Made by a program: the position numbers and the translations under genes. 27,512 nucleotides of DNA from a virus (lineage: Duplodnaviria; Caudoviricetes), in IMG/VR virus record IMGVR_UViG_3300037657_000253, positions 1 through 27,512 of that record; one strand, 5' to 3'. The notes under the pieces are model-generated. The model was given only the letters and a program-made list of their open reading frames with translations. It was not told the origin of the DNA and searched no databases. Numbering within the stretch: the stretch's first letter is position 1; every line of letters starts with the position of its first letter. Shown piece by piece: positions 8,377 to 16,228 of this stretch.

Positions 8377-8947
8377 CCTGACCACGCCCGACCTGTTCGG
8401 GACCGAAATCCGCAGAGTTGACATTAACGGCGAAGACTGGTTCGCCGCCCAAGACGTTTGCAAAGCGCTCGAAATTGGCAACATTACAATGGCCTTGAGA
8501 GCGCTCGATGAAGACGAAAAGGGTCTCAATAGTGTTGAGACCCTTGGCGGCTTTCAAATGCTCAACATCGTGTCAGAATCCGGCCTCTTCCATCTCACCT
8601 TCCTGAGCCGGAAGCCGGTCGCGAAAGCCTTCCGGCGCTGGGTGACAAAGGAGCTGCTGCCCGCGATCCGCAGGCAGGGGTTCTACGCCGACCCCAACCT
8701 GATGCTCCGGACGAAGGAATACCTGCTCATGCGCGAGATCGCCAACCCGTCGGACGGCTTCGGCCACACCTGCATGGCCGTCTGCCGCAGGATCGGCGTC
8801 ACGCCCGAGCGGCACCGCAAGCGCGGCCACGCCTTCCCGGCCCGCGTGCTCGACGAGGCTGCGCGGGGCAAGCCGGCCGGGCGCGGGCCGCTCGTCAGGG
8901 GCGAGGCGGTAGACGTGTTCGTCTTCATCGCAAAGGGGGTGGAGTAG
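8357..8947 (+). CDS. Bro-N domain antirepressor-like protein
   Basis: FGTEIRRVDINGEDWFAAQDVCKALEI...IVSESGLFHLTFLSRKPVAKAFRRWVTKELLPAIRRQGFY is a canonical Bro-N domain. AAGGAG RBS. Confidence 0.92.
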   Translation: MKQLSADLTTPDLFGTEIRRVDINGEDWFAAQDVCKALEIGNITMALRALDEDEKGLNSVETLGGFQMLNIVSESGLFHLTFLSRKPVAKAFRRWVTKELLPAIRRQGFYADPNLMLRTKEYLLMREIANPSDGFGHTCMAVCRRIGVTPERHRKRGHAFPARVLDEAARGKPAGRGPLVRGEAVDVFVFIAKGVE

Positions 8948-9031
8948 TAGTCCACATTCTTTGATAGCAAGGGTGTCCATACTGTGGACGCCCTTTGTGA
9001 CCTGACCCGATTAATTATCGGGTCAGCTTTT

Positions 9032-9062
9032 GCGGGCGGGGAATTTCCCAGCCCGCTTTTTT
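9032..9062 (+). terminator. Rho-independent terminator ending the early/antirepressor transcript
   Basis: GCGGGC-G-GGGAATTTCCC-A-GCCCGC stem followed by T6. Confidence 0.75.
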
Positions 9063-9217
9063 ATTGCGAAAATTGCGAAAGTTCCGCGTCTACGCGCACG
9101 CGCCTGCGAAGGCCAAGATATATTGCGCGGCGTCATCGGGACACTCCTCCGGGCGCCGCGCGTCCCCGGAACCCACAAGGCCTTCATGAGGGCCGACGCG
9201 TAACTTTTGAAAGGGCC

Positions 9218-9595
9218 ATGCGCATGGACATGCCGGACGTCGGGATCGGGATCAGCTACGGGGCCGCCGGCCTTCTGACGGGCCTCGCGGCCACGTACAT
9301 CAAGGCCAGGTTCGCCGCGGCGCGGAAGGCGCCCGAGCAGGTGGCCCTCTCGCCTGACCCGCTGCGCGTGGAGATCCAGAGGACCTACGCGACCAAGGAA
9401 GACCTGCGGGTGCTGGACGAGCGCATCGAGCGCCGGATCGGCGAGACGCTGGGCGCGCTGCGCTGCGACATCTCCGGCCTGCGCGCGGACATCAAGGATT
9501 TCAACGACGCCGCGGAGGCGAGGACCTCGGCGGCGCACAAGCGCATCGACGCGATCAAGGACATGTGCCTGGCGCGCGGAAAGGGGTGCAAGTGA
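9218..9595 (+). CDS. Mu gp25/DUF2730-like membrane-anchored coiled-coil protein
   Basis: N-terminal hydrophobic helix, YATKEDL, coiled coil and AHKRID. Sits before the gp26/gp27-like genes. The start may instead be 9224 or 9230. Confidence 0.6.
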   Translation: MRMDMPDVGIGISYGAAGLLTGLAATYIKARFAAARKAPEQVALSPDPLRVEIQRTYATKEDLRVLDERIERRIGETLGALRCDISGLRADIKDFNDAAEARTSAAHKRIDAIKDMCLARGKGCK

Positions 9596-9840
9596 GATAC
9601 GACGAAGTGAACCGGCGGCACTGCCTGGAGGTGCTGGACCTGCACGAGGGCGTGGACACCGGGGAGCGCGACGTGTGCGCCCAGGTTCAGGCCCTGCGCC
9701 CGAGCGCCACGAAAGAGGAAGTGGCGGACGCGCTGTCCTGGCTGCGCACGCAGGGCTTCGCCGAGCGGCGCGAGAAGCCGCTGGCCGGCACGGTGTGGCG
9801 CATCACAAGGGACGGGACGGCGGCGCTGAGGGTGCTGTGA
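9592..9840 (+). CDS. Mu gp26-like winged-helix protein
   Basis: RRHCLEVL...EEVADALSWLRTQGFAE...WRITRDG. GTGA overlap and Mu synteny. Confidence 0.7.
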   Translation: MRYDEVNRRHCLEVLDLHEGVDTGERDVCAQVQALRPSATKEEVADALSWLRTQGFAERREKPLAGTVWRITRDGTAALRVL

Positions 9841-9847
9841 GGGAGAA

Positions 9848-9881
9848 GGCTGTCAGGCTATTAGACTGTTAGGCTGTTAGG
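9848..9881 (+). repeat. GGCTGTTA octamer tandem repeat
   Basis: ggctgtca ggctatta gactgtta ggctgtta gg. Confidence 0.8.
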
Positions 9882-9893
9882 GAGACGGGAAGC

Positions 9894-10454
9894 ATGGCGA
9901 ACGGGCGGAAAACACGGTGCGACCGGTGGGACGCGAAGGCGAGACTGACGGAAGATCAGGTCTGGCGCGCGTACGACGTGTTTGGCCGAAGCCACTGGGT
10001 GGAGTTTCTGGCGTGGGCCGGGAACGAACTGCCCGGCGTCAAGATCCCCAGCCGAAACTCGATGTACGAGTGGTACGACGACCTCGAATCCAAAGAGGCC
10101 GCGCACCGCGTGAAGCAGGCGGTCGACGCGAGGAAGGAAATCGGGGAGCTGGCCGAGACCGCCGCGCTGGACGCTGAGCTGGTCAGCGCCTACAAGAGCA
10201 TGGGGGCCAAGGCCGCGCTGCTCGGGAACAAGGCCGAGGCCGTGGCGCTGACGAAGATGGCGCTGGGGCTGGCCGGGCAGCAGGTGGAGTCCGAGAAGGT
10301 CAGGCTGCAGCGGGACCGCTTCGAGTTCGACGCCGCCAAAAAGGCCATGGAGAAGGCGGCGCTCATCAAGGGAATCATGGCCGACTCGTCCATGGACGAC
10401 GACGCGAAGATCCTCAAGGTGCGCCAGGCGCTGTTCGGGGAGGTGCCGCAATGA
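9894..10454 (+). CDS. Terminase small subunit (Mu gp27/DUF3486-like)
   Basis: Helical 186 aa protein immediately upstream of TerL, with a C-terminal KVRQALFG motif. Confidence 0.7.
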   Translation: MANGRKTRCDRWDAKARLTEDQVWRAYDVFGRSHWVEFLAWAGNELPGVKIPSRNSMYEWYDDLESKEAAHRVKQAVDARKEIGELAETAALDAELVSAYKSMGAKAALLGNKAEAVALTKMALGLAGQQVESEKVRLQRDRFEFDAAKKAMEKAALIKGIMADSSMDDDAKILKVRQALFGEVPQ

Positions 10455-11890
10455 CCTCCCAGCTCCTGACCCAGAGCCTGATCCGCTTCCGCGGCTACCA
10501 GCGCGACGTCTTCCTGGACCGCACCACGGGCGTCGTGGTCCTGCACTGGTCGCGCCAGATCGGCAAGAGCTTCACCCTGGCGGCGTGGGCGGTCGACCGC
10601 CTGCTCACGCGCCCGGGCCGCCTGGTGACGGTGCTCTCCAACAGCCGCGACAACGGCGCGGAGTTCGTGCTCAAGTGCCACGAGGTGTGCAACCTGCTCG
10701 GTGTGGCGATAGAAGGCGCGGACCTGTCCCCCGACATCTCGTACGACAACATGCGGTTCGAGCTGACGATCACGGTCAAGGGGCGCAAGGGGCGCATCAA
10801 GGTTTTGGCCGCGAACCCCCGCACCGCGCGCGGCTTCTCCGGCGACCTGATCCTGGACGAGTTCGCGTTCCACGAGGACTCGAACGCCATCTGGGAGGCG
10901 GCCGAGCCGATCCTCTCCAGCAACCCCGACTTCCTCTGCCGCATCGCCTCCACCGGCAACGGCGTCCGGAACATGTTCTACCGCATGGCGACGGAGGGCA
11001 AGTTCAAGGTGTCCCGCGTCCGCCGCACGGACGCCTACGCGATGGGCGTCAAGATCTACGACGCCAACACCCGCAAGCCGATCACCCCCGACGAGGCGCG
11101 CGAGCAGGCGATGGACAAGGCCGCCTACGACCAGAACTACGAGTGCGCCTTCGCGAACGAGTCCGGCGCCCTGCTGACGCAGGAGCTTATCAGCGAGGCT
11201 TCCTCCGGCTACGACGGCGGGGTCATCTGCGAACAGGACTGGAGCGAGCGCGCCGTCGAGATCATGAGGGCCGCGAAAGGCCCCCTCTACGCCGGCTGCG
11301 ACGTGGCCCGCCGCCGCGACTTCACCTTCGTGCCCGTCGGCGAGAAAGACGGCTCCAGCCTGCAGGTGAGGGCCTGCCTGCGCATGCGCGACATGCGCCT
11401 GCCGGACCAGAAGCGCAGGCTTGAGACCGTCCTGAAGCTCCCCCTGTTCAAGCGGATAGCGATCGACATGACGGGCATCGGGCTCGGGCTGTTCGAGTTC
11501 ACCGAGGAGGCTTTCCCCGGCAAGGTCGTCGGCGTCGACTTTTCGACCACCGTCGAGATCACCCAGCGCATCAAGGCCGAAGGGCGCAAGGCCCCGCGCG
11601 TGCGGGTCACGGAGGCGATGGCAATGAATCTGCTCGGCTACTATGAGGACTGCCGAATCAAGCACCCGGTCGACGCGATCTACCGCGACGACCTGCGCAA
11701 GCCCGAGCGCATCACCACGCCCGGCGGGCGCGTCTCCATCGCGGCCACCCGCGACGAGGCCGGACACGCCGACCACTTCTGGGGCAACGCGCTGATGTGC
11801 GAGGCGGCCGCGGGCAAAGGCAACGGCAACGGCTCGTCGGCCAGGCCGCGCGCGGCCAGCCGCTTCGAGCGCGGAAGGAGTGTGGCGTGA
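10451..11890 (+). CDS. terL: Terminase large subunit (Mu gp28-like)
   Basis: Walker A WSRQIGKS, ARGFSGDLILDEFAF (Walker B), IASTGNG, and nuclease motifs GCDVARRRD, IDMTGIG and GHADHFWG. Confidence 0.95.
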   Translation: MTSQLLTQSLIRFRGYQRDVFLDRTTGVVVLHWSRQIGKSFTLAAWAVDRLLTRPGRLVTVLSNSRDNGAEFVLKCHEVCNLLGVAIEGADLSPDISYDNMRFELTITVKGRKGRIKVLAANPRTARGFSGDLILDEFAFHEDSNAIWEAAEPILSSNPDFLCRIASTGNGVRNMFYRMATEGKFKVSRVRRTDAYAMGVKIYDANTRKPITPDEAREQAMDKAAYDQNYECAFANESGALLTQELISEASSGYDGGVICEQDWSERAVEIMRAAKGPLYAGCDVARRRDFTFVPVGEKDGSSLQVRACLRMRDMRLPDQKRRLETVLKLPLFKRIAIDMTGIGLGLFEFTEEAFPGKVVGVDFSTTVEITQRIKAEGRKAPRVRVTEAMAMNLLGYYEDCRIKHPVDAIYRDDLRKPERITTPGGRVSIAATRDEAGHADHFWGNALMCEAAAGKGNGNGSSARPRAASRFERGRSVA

Positions 11891-13728
11891 GGATCCCGTT
11901 CACAGGCATCGACATCACGGTCAAGCGGTCCCCGGCGTTCGGCCCGGCCCGGGCGTCCTCGGCCATCGCGTCGCGCTCGGACCCGCTGCGCTTCCTGGAC
12001 CCGGAGCGGCTGGCACGCGCCATCCAGTCCTTCCGGAGCGGCTACCTGCGCGAGATGGCGGACATCATCGACCAGCTCGAGGAGCGCGACGACACCACGC
12101 GCAGCGCCTCGCGCAAGGCGTTCGCCGCCGCCTCGCGCTGCCCGCACCGCATCCTGATCCGAGAGGGCGAGGAGCGCAACCCCCGCGCCAAGCTGCACAA
12201 GGACATCCTCACCCGCTTCTGGAGCAAGGTCGAGGTCCGCGACGCCTTCGCCCGCAACGCCTGCGGCGGCATGCGCGCCCTCAAGAAGGGCATGGCCATG
12301 GCGCTCTCGCGCTACTGGTCCGTCCACGAGATCACCTGGACGCCGCTCGCCTCGGGCGAGATCCGCGCCACGTTCTGGCGGCTGCCGCTCTCGCGCTTCG
12401 AGAACCGCACCGGTACGCTGCGCTTCCTGGAGGGCGACGGCTCGCTGGAGGGCCGGCCCCTGGAGCCGGGCGGCTGGCTCATCGCCCAGGGCGACGGCGT
12501 CGGCGTGGCCGCGGCGGTCGCCGCCGTCTCCAAGCGCCTCTCGCTGCAGGACTGGCTGCTCTACTCCGAGCGCTGCGGCCAGCCGGGCGTCCACGCCAAG
12601 ACCGACGCGGCGGCGGGCTCGCCCGAATGGGAGGCGCTGCTGCAGGACCTCAACGGCCTGGTGCGCGACTGGAAGCTGCTCACGGACAAGGGCGTGGACC
12701 TCACCCCCGTGCCGCTCTCGACGCCCGGCACGCTGCCCTATCCCGAGCTGATCGCCCGCATGGACCGCGCGATCGCGAGTCTCTATCGGGGCGCGGACCT
12801 CTCGACCGTGTCCGGAGGCGAGGGCGGCGACGTGGGCGCGTCCCTGCAGGGCGACGAGACCGACATCCTGGACTCCGACACCTGCGAGATGATCAGCGAG
12901 GCGCTGCAGCGGCAGGTCGACCCCTTCGTGATCCGCTGGACCTGCGGCGACGACGAGCCCCTCGCCGGCGTCAGCGTGTCGCTGCCCGAGCGGCCCTTCA
13001 CGGACCTCGACCTGCGGGCCGACGAGACGCTGCTCAAGCTCGGCGCGCGCCTCAGCAAGCGCCAGGCCCTGCAGCGCTACGGCCGCACCGAGTCGGCGGA
13101 CGACGAGCCGGGCGACGCCCTGCACGCCCCGGAGGCGCTGACGGCGGCGGCGGACGAGAACGCTCAACGCTCAACGCTCAACGTTCAACGCTCAACGTCC
13201 GGCACGCCGGCCGCCGGAGATCCGGACGGACAGCAATCCGTGGCTGAGACGGGCAAAGTCCAGGACGCGGCCATGAACGGCGCGCAGGTCGCCTCGCTGA
13301 TCGACATCATCGCCAAGGTCAAGACCGGGGAGATCGACCGGGCCGCGGCGCCCGCGATCATCAACGCGGCCTTCCCACTGCTGACCCCTGTCCAGGTCGC
13401 GGCCATGCTGCCGCCGACCGCACCCGCGCTGCCGCACGAGAAGGGCGCGGCCGCGCTGGACCAGACCGACGACGCGATCTACGAGACCGCCGCGCTGGAG
13501 GCGCTCGCCGCCGCGCGGGCCGGAGGGCTGGAGGCGCTCACCGACATGCTGCTGGAGGCGCTGGACGCCGGCGACGAGGAGGCGATGCGCGCCAGGCTGC
13601 AGGCCGCGTACGACGCGCTGCCCGCGATGGCCGCGGATCCGGAGGCGGACAAGGCGTCCGCCGACCTGGCCGGCCGCATCCTGCTCGGGGCGGTGCAACA
13701 GGGCAAGGCACAATCGGGGAAGAAATGA
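11887..13728 (+). CDS. Portal protein (Mu gp29/DUF935-like) with extended C-terminus
   Basis: Follows TerL. Motifs LEERD, YWSVHEITW, DWLLYSERCGQPG and IASLYRGADLST. GTG start at 11887 overlaps the TerL stop. Confidence 0.88.
   Translation: MRIPFTGIDITVKRSPAFGPARASSAIASRSDPLRFLDPERLARAIQSFRSGYLREMADIIDQLEERDDTTRSASRKAFAAASRCPHRILIREGEERNPRAKLHKDILTRFWSKVEVRDAFARNACGGMRALKKGMAMALSRYWSVHEITWTPLASGEIRATFWRLPLSRFENRTGTLRFLEGDGSLEGRPLEPGGWLIAQGDGVGVAAAVAAVSKRLSLQDWLLYSERCGQPGVHAKTDAAAGSPEWEALLQDLNGLVRDWKLLTDKGVDLTPVPLSTPGTLPYPELIARMDRAIASLYRGADLSTVSGGEGGDVGASLQGDETDILDSDTCEMISEALQRQVDPFVIRWTCGDDEPLAGVSVSLPERPFTDLDLRADETLLKLGARLSKRQALQRYGRTESADDEPGDALHAPEALTAAADENAQRSTLNVQRSTSGTPAAGDPDGQQSVAETGKVQDAAMNGAQVASLIDIIAKVKTGEIDRAAAPAIINAAFPLLTPVQVAAMLPPTAPALPHEKGAAALDQTDDAIYETAALEALAAARAGGLEALTDMLLEALDAGDEEAMRARLQAAYDALPAMAADPEADKASADLAGRILLGAVQQGKAQSGKK
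13159..13200 (+). repeat. Heptamer tandem repeat AACGCTC inside the portal gene
   Basis: Six units (42 bp, frame-preserving): aacgctc x3, aacgttc, aacgctc, aacgtcc. Confidence 0.9.
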
Positions 13729-13729
13729 G

Positions 13730-13767
13730 AACGCTCAACGTTCAACGCTCAACGTTCAACGCTCAAC
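13730..13767 (+). repeat. Heptamer tandem repeat AACGYTC between portal and protease genes
   Basis: aacgctc aacgttc aacgctc aacgttc aacgctc aac. Confidence 0.9.
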
Positions 13768-13783
13768 CGGGAGAGGGAAAGAA

Positions 13784-14824
13784 GTGAAGACTAAAACGAC
13801 GAACATCATTTCAGTGGCGCACGAGATGCCGGCGGGCGAGCTGCAGCCGGACGCGATCCCGGTGCCCTACGGCACGCGCAAGACCCTGGCCATGGGGCCG
13901 CAGGTCGGAGAGATCGACGAGGCGTTCACACGCCATGGGGCCGAAGCCATCGCGGCGGACCTCGCCGAGCGGTCCGGCAAGAAGGGCTTCAAGGGCTACC
14001 CGGTCTACCACGGGCACCCGGACGCGCCGGCCCCCGTCGGGACGAAGTACCCGAACAAGGCGGCGGTCGGCTGGATCACCGCCGTCGAGCCGGGCGCGAC
14101 CGAGGCCGTGTTCCACGTGCGCTGGCTGAGCAACCCGGGCGAGGGCTTCAGCCACTGCTCCCCGTACTGGGGCGGCACGTTCGACGCGTCGAAGAAGCTG
14201 CTCGTCGTGACGAAGTTCAAATCCCTGGGGCTGACGAACGACCCCGACTATGACGACATGAGCCTGCCCCACGAGGGGGCGGGCGAGGAAAACAACCCCG
14301 GCACGCCGGGCGAAACAAACAAGGAGAGACGCATGGATCCGAAAGCCATCGCGAAACTGCTCGGCCTGCCCGAGACGGCGACCGAGGAGGAGATCAACGC
14401 GGCGATCGCAACGGCCCTGAAGGCCAAGGCCGACGCCGAGGCGCAGGCCAAGACGGCCGGCGACGCCAAGACGACGGCCGAGACCGCGCTCGAGCACGAG
14501 CGCCAGGCGCACCGCGGCACGATCCTCGACCGCGCGGTCGCGGACGGCCGCATCACCGCCGCCGAGCGCGGCGTGTGGGAGGCGCGGCTCGCGCACGAGA
14601 AGAGCTTCGGCAACGAGGTCAAGGCGCTGGACGCCCTGCCCAAGAAGCTGAAGACCGACCCGTCCGCCAAGGGCGGGCGGCCGGCGAACGCGAACCGCGA
14701 CCAGGTCGTGGCCCTCGCTCACGAGAAGATGGCGGGCGACAGGTCGCTCGACTTCAGCGCCGCCTACCAGGCGGTCAAGGCCGAGCGCCCCGAGCTGTGG
14801 GCGACCGGCGGAAAGGAAGGGTGA
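13784..14824 (+). CDS. Prohead protease/scaffold (Mu gpI-like)
   Basis: PVYHGHP, AVGWI, HCSPYW and SLGLTNDP are Mu-protease motifs. Helical scaffold C-terminus. Confidence 0.88.
   Translation: MKTKTTNIISVAHEMPAGELQPDAIPVPYGTRKTLAMGPQVGEIDEAFTRHGAEAIAADLAERSGKKGFKGYPVYHGHPDAPAPVGTKYPNKAAVGWITAVEPGATEAVFHVRWLSNPGEGFSHCSPYWGGTFDASKKLLVVTKFKSLGLTNDPDYDDMSLPHEGAGEENNPGTPGETNKERRMDPKAIAKLLGLPETATEEEINAAIATALKAKADAEAQAKTAGDAKTTAETALEHERQAHRGTILDRAVADGRITAAERGVWEARLAHEKSFGNEVKALDALPKKLKTDPSAKGGRPANANRDQVVALAHEKMAGDRSLDFSAAYQAVKAERPELWATGGKEG
14333..14824 (+). CDS. In-frame embedded scaffolding protein (Mu gpZ-like)
   Basis: AAGGAG RBS at 14321 and in-frame ATG at 14333 giving MDPKAIAKLLGLPETATEEEI, preceded by a low-complexity linker, as in Mu I/Z. 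Confidence 0.7.
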   Translation: MDPKAIAKLLGLPETATEEEINAAIATALKAKADAEAQAKTAGDAKTTAETALEHERQAHRGTILDRAVADGRITAAERGVWEARLAHEKSFGNEVKALDALPKKLKTDPSAKGGRPANANRDQVVALAHEKMAGDRSLDFSAAYQAVKAERPELWATGGKEG

Positions 14825-14828
14825 GGCC

Positions 14829-15194
14829 ATGGGCCTGACAAGCGGAACACATGAGCGGGCCGTGACCCGCAAGGCGGGCGCCGCCATCCTCAAGGGGCAG
14901 GCGCTCAAGGCCGGCGCGAACGCCGGAGAGGTGATCCCCGCCGCGGCGGGCACCGACGTCGTGATCGGCGTGGCGGGCGACGCCGCCGCGTCCGGCGAGA
15001 GCGTCCCCGTGATGCTCCTGGGCGGCGCGGGCGGCAGCGTCGGGGTGCTGGCCACCGGCGAGCTCGCCGTCGGGGACGCCGTGGGCGTGCTCGGCGCGGC
15101 CGTGACGACCGGCCTGCACATCGGGCGCGCCCTGGAGGCCGCCGCCTCCGGAGAGCTGTGCGAGACCGACCCCACCACCTGCGCCACGCTGTAA
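14829..15194 (+). CDS. Capsid decoration/cement protein (DUF2190-like)
   Basis: 121 aa Gly/Ala-rich protein between scaffold and capsid, with VIGVA...AASGE and IGRALEAAASGE. Confidence 0.75.
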   Translation: MGLTSGTHERAVTRKAGAAILKGQALKAGANAGEVIPAAAGTDVVIGVAGDAAASGESVPVMLLGGAGGSVGVLATGELAVGDAVGVLGAAVTTGLHIGRALEAAASGELCETDPTTCATL

Positions 15195-15242
15195 GGCTGA
15201 AGGCTGTCAGGCTGAAGGCCGAGAGGCTGTTAGACCGAGAGG
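15195..15242 (+). repeat. GGCTG-family 7-8-mer tandem repeat upstream of the capsid gene
   Basis: ggctgaa ggctgtca ggctgaa ggccgaga ggctgtta gaccgaga gg. Confidence 0.8.
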
Positions 15243-15255
15243 AAACAAGGACACT

Positions 15256-16224
15256 ATGAAAGAGACTCTGATGGACATTATCCTGCCGCCCGGCGCCGCG
15301 CTGGCCCACGGGCAGGTCGCCCTCGCCCACGAGGCCGCGTTCAACGCCGCCTTCCTGAGCGAGGGGCTCACCGGCTACGCCGTGGGCTTTCCCGGCACCG
15401 CCGACCTGGCGGCCGAGCTGGACATGCTGGCCCCGCCCGTGACCGTGGCGGACCTGTTCGAGTACCACGTGGAGTCGAGCGCCGAGGCGTTCCTCACCGA
15501 GACGGACGACTCGGACGTGCGCGCCGTGGGCGCGGAGTTCAAGACCGTGCGCGTGACCGGCTCCAAGGTGACGGCCGCGCTCAAGCACAAGGGCCTGACC
15601 AAGCGCCTGGACGTGCGGCAGATCGCCGCCGACCCCATGGCGAAGGAGAAGGCCGTGGCCTCGCTCAAGGCGCGGCTGCTGCGCGCCGAGATCTACCGCG
15701 CGGCGCAGATGCTCTACGCCGCCGTGACGCCCGGGTCCAAGACCTGGACCACCGGCGACGGCGACACGGACCCGGACACGGATGTGCTGGAGTCCATCGC
15801 GGGCATGCTGACCGCGGCCGGCGTGCTGCCGAACCGCGCGGTGTACTCCACCGGCGCCTGGATCAAGCGCGTCAAAGGGCTGCGTATGCGCCTGGACGCG
15901 GGCGGCTTCGCCAACGCCGGGTTCAGCGAGCAGCAGCTCGCCGACTTCCTGGGGGTGGACAAGGTGCTGCGCTCCCGCAGCGCGCGCACCGTGTCGGCCG
16001 CGGGCGGCAAGGCGGGGATCGTCGGCGCGAACCGCGTCTACGTCTTCAACGCCCAGGACCAGATCGGCCCCGAGGACCCCTCGAACATCAAGCGCTTCGT
16101 CAATGGGACGTTCGAGGTGTTCGAGCAGCAGGTCAGCTCGGCGACGGTGGACATCACGGTCGCGCACCTGTCGCTGGTCTCGGTGACGAGCACGCTCGGC
16201 ATCGCGGTGCTCGACGTGGCGTAA
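15256..16224 (+). CDS. Major capsid protein
   Basis: 322 aa, located after protease and decoration genes. GVLPNRAVYSTGAW and LADFLGVDKV fit an HK97-fold capsid. Alternative start at 15271. Confidence 0.8.
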   Translation: MKETLMDIILPPGAALAHGQVALAHEAAFNAAFLSEGLTGYAVGFPGTADLAAELDMLAPPVTVADLFEYHVESSAEAFLTETDDSDVRAVGAEFKTVRVTGSKVTAALKHKGLTKRLDVRQIAADPMAKEKAVASLKARLLRAEIYRAAQMLYAAVTPGSKTWTTGDGDTDPDTDVLESIAGMLTAAGVLPNRAVYSTGAWIKRVKGLRMRLDAGGFANAGFSEQQLADFLGVDKVLRSRSARTVSAAGGKAGIVGANRVYVFNAQDQIGPEDPSNIKRFVNGTFEVFEQQVSSATVDITVAHLSLVSVTSTLGIAVLDVA

Positions 16225-16228
16225 CCCC

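Noticed and set aside
8984-9217. N-terminal extension of track ORF 8984..9595
   Set aside because: It overlaps the hairpins and terminator. An ATG at 9218-9230 is more plausible.
13159-13767. AACGCTC arrays as a possible CRISPR array
   Set aside because: The units are 7 bp with no spacers, and no cas genes are present.
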